From positions 117,738,001 to 117,802,000 of the forward strand of contig OZ024741.1 of NCBI GenBank assembly GCA_964016885.1: 64,000 nucleotides of DNA, written 5' to 3'. Below are positions 12,263-24,112 of this stretch, one piece after another (positions within the stretch are counted from its first letter, which is position 1; each line of letters opens with the position of its first letter). The notes under the pieces were generated by a model. It searched no databases. It was not told where the DNA came from and saw nothing but the letters and a program-made list of their open reading frames with translations. Origin of the DNA: Eledone cirrhosa (lineage: Eukaryota). Position numbers and translations under genes: made by a program.

Positions 12263-12280
12263 TATATATATATATATATA

Positions 12281-12963
12281 TCATCATCATCACCGTTTTA
12301 CGTCCGTTCTTCCACGCTAGCATGGGTTAGACGAGTTGTCCTGTTGTGAGCAGTGTCTGGTCGGCTGACCATGCCTTGCTCATACAGGAACTGATTTGGC
12401 TTGATTTCTACAGCTGGATGCCCTTCCTAACACCAACCTCATTTACAGTGAGTGTTGGGTGCTTTTTCGTGGCGCCTACACGTCCACTTTACAGTGTGGG
12501 CTGGGTGCTTTTTTGCTGTGGCACCTCCACGACCACCTTGCATATTGTCTATATGCTTCAGCTTGTACCCATAGGAGGTCGGGTACTCTGTATTACTTCG
12601 TGACGCCAGAGGTCACGGCCATGTGTCTTGCCTTTGAGAGGTGTAATTGGGTAAGGTCGGCTTTTATCACCTCATGCCAGGTCATCTTGGGTCTCCCCAC
12701 TCCGCAGTTTCCATCGACTTCTAGTGTCTGCACCTTTTTATGCAGCTGTCATCCTTCATACGCATCACATGTCCATACCAGCACAACCGCCCCTCCTGCA
12801 CACAGCATTTGATTCCTCTTATGCTCAGTCTCTCTCTCAATTCATTTATGCTTTGTCGTTCACGTATATTACTGTTACACATCCATCGGAGCATGCAGGC
12901 TTCGTTTCTCTCTAATCTACGTAAGTCCTCCACCTTCAGCGCCCAGGTCTCACTACCATGCAA
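12281..12963 (-). mobile_element. Short 5'-truncated copy of the same RTE, tail-to-tail with the previous copy
   Basis: Reverse complement of ~11551-12262. Confidence 0.93.
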
Positions 12964-13143
12964 CATATATATACATATACAACGCACTAACATATATATA
13001 CATATACATATATATATATACATACATATACATATATATATACACATATACATATATATATATATACATATACATATATATATATATAAACATATACATA
13101 TATATATATACATATATATACATATACATATATATACATATAC

Positions 13144-13174
<31 letters not shown>

Positions 13175-13274
13175 CATATACATATATATATATACATATA
13201 TATACATATACATATATATACATATACATATATATATATATACATATACATATATATATATATATACATATACA

Positions 13275-15253
13275 TCATCATCATCATCACCATTTTACGT
13301 CCGTTCTTCCACGCTAGCATGGGTTAGACGGGTTGTCTTGTTGTGGGCAGTGTCTGGTCGGCTGACCATGCCTTGCTCATACAGGAACTGATTTGGCTTG
13401 ATTTATACAGCTGGATGCCCTTCCTAACACCAACCTCATTTACAGTGAGTGCTGGGTGCTTTTTCGTGGCGCCTACACGTCCACTTTACAGTGTGGGCTG
13501 GGTGCTTTTTTTGCCGTGGCACCTCCACGACCATCTTGCAGTGGGGGGAGTGGGGGCATATTGTCTATATGCTTCAGCTTGTACCCATGGGAGGTCAGGT
13601 ACTCTGTATTACTGCGTGACGCCAGAAGTCACGGTCGTGTGTCATTGCCTTTGAGAGGTGTAATTGGGTAAGGTCGGCTTTTATCACCTCATCCCAGGTC
13701 CTCTTGGGTCTCCCCACTCCGCGGTTTCCATCTACTTCTAGTGCTCTGCACCTTTTTATGCAGCTATCACCCTTCATACGCATCACATGTCCATACCAGC
13801 GCAACCGCCTCTCCTGCACGCAGCATTTGATTCCTCTTATGCTCAGTCTCTCTCTCAATTCATTTATGCTTTGTCGTTCACGTATATTACTGTTACACAT
13901 CCATCGGAGCATGCAGGCTTCGTTTCTCTCTAATCTACGTAAGACTTCCACCTTCAGCGCCCAGGTCTCACTACCATGCAACATTGCTGTTCGGATACAC
14001 GCATCATACAGTCTGCCTTTCATTCTGAGGGAGAAGCCTTTTGCAGCTAGCAGTGGTAGTAGTTCCCTAAACTTCTTCCATCCCGTTCTTACCCTAGTTA
14101 TTGTACTTTCTGAACACCCACCTCCGCTGCTAATTCGGTCACCTAGGTAGCAGAAACTGTCTACTGTTTCTACAGAGCCCTCCCAGAGATTGGTGGTACT
14201 TGTTTCCTGTGGCTGTTTGCTGCTTGCTGTCTCATCACAGCTGTTGCATGTGAAGCCTACATTCTTAATTAAGCTTCCTGAGATCCCGCTACATCTCTTG
14301 TGTACCCATTGTTTGCATTTGGGGCAGAGAATGGAGTTCCTACCTACACTTTTCCTACATACTGAGCAAGGCCATTTCCCTGAGTGGATCTGGGTTCTGT
14401 TTTCTCGTCTACTTACAAGGACCTTAGTCTTTGTCATGTTGACTTTGAGACCCTTTCTTTCTAGTCCCTGCTTCCAAGTTTGGAATTTATTCTCTAGTTC
14501 TACCATAGATTCAGCTTTGAGTGCGAGGTCATCAGCATACAGGAGTTCCCATGGGCATCCGGTCTTAAACTCCTCCGTTATTGCCTGCAGGACTATGATG
14601 AACAGAAGGGGCTAAGAACAGAGCCCTGGTGGACCCCAACCTGTACGCTAAATTCCTCGCTATACTCATTGCTAATCGTAACTTTGCTGACTGCTCCCCT
14701 ATACATGGCTTGTACCGCTTTCACAAGCCATTCATCTACTCCTAGTTTTCTAAGAGCCCACCAGATTACAGCATGTGGAACTCTGTCAAAGGCTTTCTCA
14801 AGGTCGACAAATGCCAAGTAGAGTGGCTTACTTTTAGCTAGGTACTTTTCCTGTAACTGCCTCACAAGGAAGAGGGCATCAGTGGTGCCTCTTCCTGGTA
14901 CAAACCCAAATTGCATCTCGTCTATTTCCACCCGGTCCCTAATCAACTGTGCTATAACTCTTTCTGTTACTTTCATGACCTGGTCCATCAACTTTATACC
15001 TCTATAGTTTCCTCTATCTAGTGCATCGCCTTTACCTTTGTAGCAGTTGACAATGATGCTACTGCACCAATCTTTTGGTATGACACCTTCTACTATTACC
15101 TGGTTAACAATACGTGTGGTTATAGTGTGACCTACAGACCCAGATGCCTTCAGCATCTCGGCAGCTATACCCAATGGACCGGTTGCCTTCCCCATCTTCA
15201 TATCTTTGATTGCCTTACTTACTACGCTGCTGCTGACTTGTACTGCTGGCCCC
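13275..15253 (-). mobile_element. Third 5'-truncated copy of the same RTE
   Basis: ORFs 14593-15201 and 13595-14506 nearly identical to copy 1; (GAT)n tail; flanked by (TA)-rich repeats. Confidence 0.95.
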
Positions 15254-15867
15254 TCTCTCTCTATATATATATATATTCATACACACACTTAGAAACGCTT
15301 TCTATTTAGCAAGATACAGTAATGGTGTATTCATTTCTTTGAAGTCACCGGTTATAATTTTATTCAACAACACCACCAGCTCTCCCTCCCCTCTCTCTCT
15401 CTCCCTTTCTCTCTCTCTCTATGTCCCCCTTTCAATCTACTCTCTTGCAACTACTATCTCTTTCTGTCTATCCTTCTCTCTCTATTTAAGAAGGTACCCG
15501 GAAAAACCTCCATATCTCAGGAGCCCATGCTCCGATTTATGCAAAACTTGTTTTATTCCATTTGTATTTCCATTTCAGTGTCAACTTTCTTTCAAAGTAT
15601 TTTTGCATTATGCGCCCTTTTGGCTGTATTACATTACAGACAAGCAAGCAAGCAATCACAGGCTTTTAATATTATACTAGACCACCGTTGGGTCACGTTC
15701 ACTTGAAAATAATTTTTAAATAATTAAAATATACAGACATGTATATAATGTGAAATGAAACTGGAAGGCCCATATATATATACACGTATTTTCCCATTAT
15801 GCGCACTTTTGGCTGTATTACATTACAGGCAAGCAATCACAGAATTTTAGTATTATATAGATAGATA

Positions 15868-17180
15868 ACTTTCTTTTTATTTGCCACCAGGGCGTCAAAG
15901 AGTGGAGGAAGTACAATGGGAAGGGTTTACATAAAAAGATGTCCTCAATAAGAAGGAGGCAATAACAAAATATAAAAATATAAAATATAACAAAAATAAA
16001 TTGAATAACAAAATCCTCAATAGGGAGGAGACACCTTGGGGGTCGCACACACCCCCGAAAAAGTGTGCAACCCTTCTCCCCAGAAGCACAGAGAGAGGGT
16101 GCTCCCTTGATCTTTCATCTTTCTCACCTACAGTCTGATGTAGAGTGAAGGCCCATTCACACGGGCCATTCACGCCACTTTCACCCATCTTTCATAAAAA
16201 CGGCTGGGGTGCAGCACCTCTCTCTCCATCCTGATCCTTCTTCCGAAATGATATCGGAAGAAACGGACCAGTTGTTGGCCAGAGAGAAAGGTGTCTGACC
16301 TCAGTCCTTTCAGACGCGTCCACCATACAACCTCTTTCACCATGGCTATTACGCACAGAAACACCGCCTCTCCTTCGTTTTTGAAGAGGGGAGGCGGCTT
16401 GATCGTTACAATAGACTCGGTGGTCAACCGGATCGGTCCCACCCGTGACAGCAGACGTTCGACGTAACCACACAGATCGGCAATGCCCGAGCAGTGTACC
16501 AATGCGTGTGCAACGGTTTCCTTGTCGCACACGCATGTGGGACAGATCTTTTTTGAGGGGTCCCTACCCGGGCGTCCGTGTCTGTAGAGCCTTTCTCGAA
16601 CGGGCAGAGCCCCTCGGTAGCACTGCCAGGCCAGGGACCTCTGGAAGTTATCCATAGGTCCCGGGCTGAATGTCCTACCGAACAGGTTGGCCAGTTCGTT
16701 TTCCTCCATGCCTAGAGCTTCTCCAAGGGCGTCGTCAAAACCTGCTAACCACCAGCCCTCTATAGAATGACGAGGTGGATTCTCCACTGACAGCCGGGTC
16801 CCCCTGCCAGAGAGCCGTGAGCGCCTGGGCACACTCGGTGTCCAGGCGCCCAATTTTCTCGGTCTTTGCTTGACCCAGGATTGCAGCTCGGTGAGCGAGA
16901 CGAGTCTGGGAAAGGCTCGCCTCACAAACGGAGCCCACACCGGTTGAACGGTGAGGAATACCTGGGGGTGCCGTAGCCTTAATGCGTGTTTATGCATCAT
17001 CAGCCACGGCATCGCCAGCCCTCCTTTCGAAGGGTGTTGACAGCAGATGGAACTCCTCACCATAGGAGCCCGCTTCTTCCAAAGGAATTGGAAGAGTGTG
17101 CGCTCCATTTTGGCGAGCGTTTCCCTTGGGCAAGGCACGACGGTCAGGCGGTAGTAGATGAAGGACGTTATATAAGTTGC
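15868..17180 (-). mobile_element. Tx1-like LINE A, 5'-truncated (ORF2 C-terminus + 3' UTR)
   Basis: ORF 16170-17138 with GGLAMP and the CxxC..ET..H...C zinc finger; AATAAA then (ATCT)n. Confidence 0.9.
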
Positions 17181-17204
17181 AGATAGATAGATAGATAGAT
17201 AGAT

Positions 17205-20200
17205 AAATTTCTATTTATTTGCCACGAGGGCACAAAAGAAGGGGACAAATACACAGTGGGGGAGTTTACATAAATCGAGTAAAGAAAAAAGAAATAACAA
17301 TAATAATATAATAATAAAAAGTCCTCAAAAGGGAGGGGGCGTGTTGGGGATTGCACATACCCCCGAAAAGTGTGCAACCCTTTTCGCGGGGGAAGCCCAG
17401 AGAGGAGGCGCTCCCCCTTTCCTCTTCACTTCTTCACCTACAGAACAATGTAGAGAGAAGGCCCATTTACACGAGCCATTCTCGCTTCTTTCACCCACCT
17501 TTCATAAAACTGTCTGGGGCCAAGCACTTCTCTCTCCATCCTGATCCTTCTTCCGAAGTGGTATCGGAAGAAGTAAACCAGGTGATGGCCGGAAAGAAAG
17601 TCACCCGACCTCAGACCTTTCAGGCGCGTCCACCACACAACCTCTTTCATCATGGCTATTACGCACAGAAAGACCGCCTCTGCTTCATTTCTGAAGGGAG
17701 GCGGCGGCTTGATGTTCACCACAGACTCGGCGGTTAATCGAATCGGCGCCACACGCGACAGCAGTCATTCGACGTAGCCCCACAGATCGGCAACGCCCGG
17801 GCAGTGTACCAGTGCATGCGCAACGGTTTCCTCATCGCACACGCATCTGGGACAGATCTTTTTCGCTGGATCCCTGCCTGGGCGCCCGTGTCTGTAGAGC
17901 TTTTCTCAAACGGGCAGAGCCCCCCGGTAACACTGCCAGGCTAGGGACCTCTGGAAGTTGTCCATGGGTCCCGGGCCGAAAGTTCTACCGAACAGGCTGG
18001 CCAGTTCGTCCTCCTCCATGCCTAGCGACTCTCCAAGGGTGTCGTCGCCCCTGCTAGCCACCAGCCCTCTATAGAATGTCGAGGTGGATTCTCCACTGAC
18101 AGTCGGGTCCGCTTGCCAGATAGCCGTGAGCGCCTGGGCACACTCGGTGTGCCAGTTGCCCAGTTTTCTCAGTCTTTGCTTCACCCAGGATTGCAGCTCG
18201 GTGAGCGAGACAAGCTGTGGGAAGGCTCGACTCACAAACGGAGCCCACACCGGCTGACCGGTGAGGAATACCTGTAGATGCCGTAGCCTCAATGCGTGCC
18301 TACGCATCAACAGCCACGGCATACCCAGCCCTCCTTTCGAAGGGTGCTGGCAGCAGATGGATCTCCTCACCATGGGAGGCCGCTTCTTCCAGAGGAACTG
18401 GAAGAGCATGCGTTCCATGATGGTGATCTTTTCCTTGGGGCAAGGCACGACGGTCAGGCGGTAGCAGATGACGGACGCTATGTAAGCGTTCGTCACCTCC
18501 GCCCGACCTTTCAGTGATAGTTTGCACTTGGCCCACTTCTGGGTCAGCGCAAACACCCTGCTCGTCACCTCGCCCCAATTCTTCTCCACCTGGAGGTCCG
18601 GTCCGAACCAGACCCCGAGCAGCTTCACCGGGCCCTCCGTCCACCGCCCGACGACACCGTCTAACGGCATCGGTTTGCCCCTCCACGTTCCGAGTTGCAA
18701 ACCGACTGACTTGTCCCGGTTCAGCCTAGCCCCCGTCAGCCTTTCGTATTCCTCCAGTAGGGTGGCGATCGCCCCGATTTCCGAGGCGTCCGCCACCATT
18801 ACTGTTACGTCGTCGGCATAGGCCGAGACCGCTTTGTGCAATCCCGGTTCCAGGGGTATGCCCCGCAGCAACTCCAACTTCCGCAGCAGTGGCTCGAGAG
18901 TCAATACGTACAGAAGGGAGGAGAGGGGGCACCCCTGTCTGATGGACCGGGTGATTTGAAACGGCTCCGAGAGGTAGCCGTTTACTTTAATCCTAGAGTA
19001 GATGTTGCCACTGTGCATGGCAGAAATCCAGCCCCTGAAAACGGGTCCGAAGCCCGCCGCCGCTAGCACCGCATCCAGGTAACCATGGTCGACCCTATCG
19101 AACGCCTTAGATTGATCCAAGTTGATCAGGGCCCCACCAAAGCCGGGTTCGTTGCCAACCCTCTCTATGATGTATCGCATGAGGTGGAGGTTGTCGTGAA
19201 TGGACCTGGACGGGATAGCGCATGTCTGCGCGTCTCCCACCAAACCACCCACCACAAGCGCCAACCTCTTCGCCAACACCTTGGCCAAAATCTGTAACTC
19301 TGCATTCAGCAGAGTTATGGGCCTAAAGTTACTTAAGTCGTCCCCCTTGCTCTCGTCCTTCCTCACTAGCGTGACCACGCCCTTGGTCACAGAACAGGGA
19401 ATTCTGCCGTTCTCTTGCCAGTTGCAATAGACAGCCTCGAGGAGTTCGGAGAACAAGACCGGCATAGCTAAATAAAGTTCGTATGGTAGACCATCGAGAC
19501 CGGAGATTTGCGTCTGCTGCATTGGCTGAGCGCTTCCCCGATTTCAGTGGCTGTGGCCTTTCGCAGCACTCCGCTTCGCCGCTCGAAAGACGCGGTAGAC
19601 CGTCGAGGTATGGACCGAAGTCCACATCCCCATCCGGCCCCCCGCCCCCTCCGAACAGTCGAGCAAAGTGCCTTTGAAAGGCCTCGCACATCTGCTCAGG
19701 TTCAAGGATCACCCGTCCATCCTGGTCTCGCAAAGACCGAATGGTGGATTTAATCCCACTCTTGGCTTCTGTCACGCGGGCCCAGCTAACAGCTTTGGTC
19801 CCCCCGTTTCCTAAAGCACGTATTTTACTTCGGACAACGCAGCCTTCGTGCTTCGCGTCAAAGAACTGGCTCAACGCCGTTCTCACCGCTAACACTCTGG
19901 CTACGTCTCCGCTCCTAATCGCCTCTTCTAGTTTATCTGTTAACTCCCTTTCCTTCCTATTTCTATTCGCCGCTAGTTCCTTACTGTAACCTATCGAACT
20001 TACTCTAATCTCTCTCTTTAGAGATACCCACCACCTACTGTTGACGATCGCTCCCGTCAACCGCATCTTAACTAAGCTACTAATCCGGTTCCTGTAATCT
20101 TTGTTTGCCGGCAAGGACAAGTTCATCTTCCAGTAACCGGGACCCTGTCTATGCGTTCTATCAAGGTTGATCACGCAGGTCACTAATTTGTGATCTGAAT

Positions 20201-22866
20201 AGCCAACCATGATCAATTCTGGACAACTAAATACGTCCCTATCCTTACTCCTAACCAAAAACCTATCTAGGTACGATCTAGATTGTCCACTGCGGTTTGC
20301 CCAGGTCCAGGTTGGCGCAGTTGGACAATCTAGTCGAAATCTATCGACCAGGTCGAATCGATCGAGTAACCCCTTGAGGCTGCTACACCCCCCTCTATCG
20401 GGACATGCCCCTGCATAGTCCCAACGCGCATCTAGGATTCCATTCCAGTCCCCCACTAAAAGCAGGGAACGCGACGTTCCTAGAAAAGTCTCCAGACGCT
20501 GGAAGAAGTCGGCTCTTTCAGCCCCGAAGGGGGCATAAAGACCGACCAGTCTGAAAGCCCCGCCTTCACCGCCTCCGACGTCCAGCACCAGTAATCGACC
20601 CCCCGGGTCCGAGTGAACAATCTGTACGTTGAGAGCCAGACGTTTATCCAGCAGTACGGCAACTCCCCCCGCCGCCTCCGGGTTGACAGAGAGATGCGTG
20701 CATCTCAAAGTCATCGAAGGCGGGAGCCAGCTGTCGCACGCTGCTGATCCGACTCTCGCAAACAACCATCACAGCTATACTTCGTGACCTGAGGTCACTT
20801 AGTAGCTTTGCTTGCTTCCAAGCTGAACCCAGGCCACGCGCGTTCAAGCAGCCAACTCTCAATTGATCTATTTTGGTGTTGAAAGTGAAGAAAGAAAAGC
20901 ACCTACCTCTCCGGGTTGTGTAATTTCCATGGCGTCAGGTGTGTTGGGTGGAGGGATGTTTTGTGGTGGGGTTGGGGTGTTTGGAGTTGTGTCAGGGAGA
21001 GGGGAGGTTATGGGGAAATCTTTCAAGAGGACGCGATTTAACGGTTTTAAACAGGGGGGGGGGGCTCACGTCCTGTCTAAATTGTTCTTTTAAGGAACGA
21101 TAAAGGTCCAGAGGGACCTTTATCATTTTTAAATGGGTGAAGTTCTCTGTTGAGATAAAGTTTGGCCCTTCGGTCTGCACCAAAGGGCTATTGTTTATTA
21201 ATTTAAACAGTTTTTTGTTTTCTTTATTTATATATGTGTATTGCAATGTCTTTTTTTGTGATGCTGTCAATGTTTCGGAGAGGGGAGGCGCAGATTTATT
21301 TTTGTTTGTTGAGGGTGGGGTGTTTTTGATTGGAGTTGGTGTTTGTGTGTGGGTTATTTGTGGTGTGCTGGGTGTGTGCTTTCTTTTTTTTCTTTTGACT
21401 TGTCTGAAGGCTTCTCCTTCTTCTTCTTCAGAAGTTGGGGGAAACTCTTCAGCGCTAGGTGGGAGGGACGTCGTGTCTGGTTGTTTTTTTTTTGCGGGAG
21501 GGGTAGATTTGTTGCTGTTTTTTTTAATTATTTGTTTGGAATGCGTTTTGTGGTGGTGGTGGTGATGTTTGTGTCGTGCTTGTGGTTGGTGATGGTGGTG
21601 GTGATGTTTGTGTTTTGGTTGGTGATGGTGGTGGTGATTTTTGTGTCGTGCTTGTGTTTGGTGCTGGTGGTGGTGATGTTTGTGTTGTGCTTGTGGTTGG
21701 TGGTGTCTGTATTTTGTTTGCTGTGTGTGGTATTAGTGTATTTTTGGAGGTGGGTGGTGTGGGTAATAGTCCTTTTTGGGGGATACGTTTCGGGCAGTTA
21801 GCCTTAACGTGTCCCCTTTCCGTGCATAAATAGCATGCTGGTCTTCTCCCCTCTACAATTATATCTATTGGGGTGAGGTCATCCAGCCAGATGCGATCCG
21901 GGATTTGTGCTATTCTTTCGGGCCTCATTTAGACTAGTATATCGCGGCCCATTCCCATTAACGCATCTCCAGATGCCTTCTCCATTGACAGCATTGTGTC
22001 CTCGCCCATGTCTATGAAGCCAGCAATAGCCCACCAGAAGTCCATTGTGGGCAGCATTGTTTGTACTTTTACTCTCTGTGTTCTTCTACCCATGTAGGAG
22101 GGATAGAAGCTGTATGTTGTCGATGAGAGTGGGCTTAGGGAAAGCTTCTGCGCCGTTTCCTTGTCTTTTGTTAAGACCGAAATGCTGCCATAGAGTCGGT
22201 CCTTTCTTATGAAGAGAATATTCTTCATATAGTCTTTTAGGACCAACTCTATCTCCATTTGGCTGGGCTGTGCTGGCTTTCTCGTTTGGTTAAATATTGT
22301 TCTGAAGAGAACTGTGCTCTCTGTTCTCGCTTTCTTGAATTCTGGGGGGAGTTAATGGAAAACATTCCGTTCTCCCCCAAAACAATGTGTTTCTTTGCTT
22401 CGGCCAGTTTTTCTCTGGCGGCAGCTAAGTCAATTGGTGTGTATGTTATGGACTGTTTTGTTTTCTGGGCGAAAGTTGCCTTGTTGTTATTTGTATTATT
22501 ATTTTCTGTTTGTTTGTTTTCCGTTTGCTCATTTTCCGTAACATTTGTTTTTTCATTTTCCTTGTTTGTTTCGTTGTCTAATTTTGTTGTATTTATTTTT
22601 TGTTCTTCAGACATGGGGGGCGTGGCAGAGCTAATGGCAGACATGTCTGCCATCTTTTCCGCCATGCTGCCAAGAAAGAAATTTTACAGCAAAATAGATA
22701 TTTATTTTACCCCCTAAAAAGGGGGTAAATGTAAAAATGTTTCCCTCAATAACAGGGGTTAGTGTTCCAAATGTGTTGCACTGAAAAATTTATCTGGTAC
22801 TTACTATAGTAAGGGTTAATTCCGATGGAATAGCGGAGCCGATGTGAAGCGTGTCTTACTCTATTA
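17205..22866 (-). mobile_element. Tx1-like LINE B, full-length but disrupted (ORF1 ~22665-20870, ORF2 ~20862-17438)
   Basis: ORF1 CCHC knuckle CYLCTERGHVKANC; APE motifs NARGL, GDWN, YLDRF, SDH; RT motifs DQSKAFDRV, QGCPLS, YADD; several frameshifts and stops. Confidence 0.93.
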
Positions 22867-22884
22867 AGATAGATAGATAGATAT

Positions 22885-23860
22885 CTTTCTTTATTTGCCA
22901 CAGGGGCGTACAAAAATGGGACATTACAAGACGTGACGGCGGGGGTTTTACATAAAAATAACTTCAACATTAATAAATAAAAATAAACTATATATAATAA
23001 AATAACAATTGAAATTCCCAATAGGGGGGAACGGTACTGAAGGGTTGTTTTACACCCCGAGGACTGAACAACCCTCAACACCAGAAACACGTTTTGTAGG
23101 TGTTCCTGTCTTCCCTCTGTTTATCTTCCTCAACCTATAGGTTTATATACAGAGAAGGCCCATTCACTCGAGCCATTTTCGCCACATTCACCCACCTTTC
23201 AGCAAATTTACTGGGGTGTAACACCTCTCTCTCCACTCTTACCTTCCTTCTGAAGTGATACTTAAAGAAGGGGATAAGTTGTTGTCCGGAAAGAAAGGTG
23301 TTTGCCCTCAGTCCTGTTAACCTTGTCCACCATATTACCTCTTTCGCCATAGCCACCAGACAGAGGAAAACCGCCTCTCCTTCGTTCTTAAATGAAGGCG
23401 GCGGGGTGATCCTCACGATGGACTCGGCTGATAACTGGATGCGTCCCACACGTGACAGTAGCTGTTCGACATAATTCCACAGGTCGGTCACCCCTGGGCA
23501 CTGAACAATTGCGTGCAGAACGGTTTCGATGTCCTGCTCGCATCTTGGACAGGTCCTTTTGGCAGGATCTCTGTCAGGGCGTCCGTGCCTGTAGATTTTG
23601 TCTCGAACTGGTAGAGCTCCTCGGTAGCACAGCCAGGCCAGAGACCTCTGGAAGTTATCCATAGGCCCTGGATGGAAAGTCCTCTCGAACGGACTGGTCA
23701 GTTTGTCCTCCTCGATGCCTAGAGTTTTCCCTAGAACGTGTCGCACTTATCCTCCACTAATCCCTTATAGAATGTCGAAGTGGAGTCTCCGCTGATTGCC
23801 GTTTCCGCTTGGTAGAGGGCTGTGAGCGCCTGTAGGCACTCGAGGTGCCAGGCACCCATT
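22885..23860 (-). mobile_element. Tx1-like LINE C, 5'-truncated
   Basis: ORF 23135-23746 homologous to the ORF2 C-terminus; (GATA)n on both sides. Confidence 0.9.
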
Positions 23861-24112
23861 AGATAGATAGATAGATAGATTTCTTTATTAGCCACAAGGG
23901 CGCAACAAGAAAGGGGACAATACAAAGACATGCCGGGGATTTTACATACAGTCGTGTAAAAAATATAAAAACAAACAATTTCAACAATCGAAATCCCCAA
24001 TAGGGGGAGGCACCACAAATGGGTTGTTTAATACCCCGTCGATAGAACAACCCTCAACTCGAGGAGCGTGTTGTGCAAGTGCTCCTTTCTTCCTTTTGCT
24101 CTCTTCCTCAAC

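Noticed and set aside
12721-13327. ORFs rich in YI/CI/HI, and similar ORFs at 30007-31445, 34364-34946, 36795-37367, 55356-55727, 61450-61874, 62574-63368
   Set aside because: Translations of (TA)n, (CA)n and (CATA)n microsatellites; not proteins
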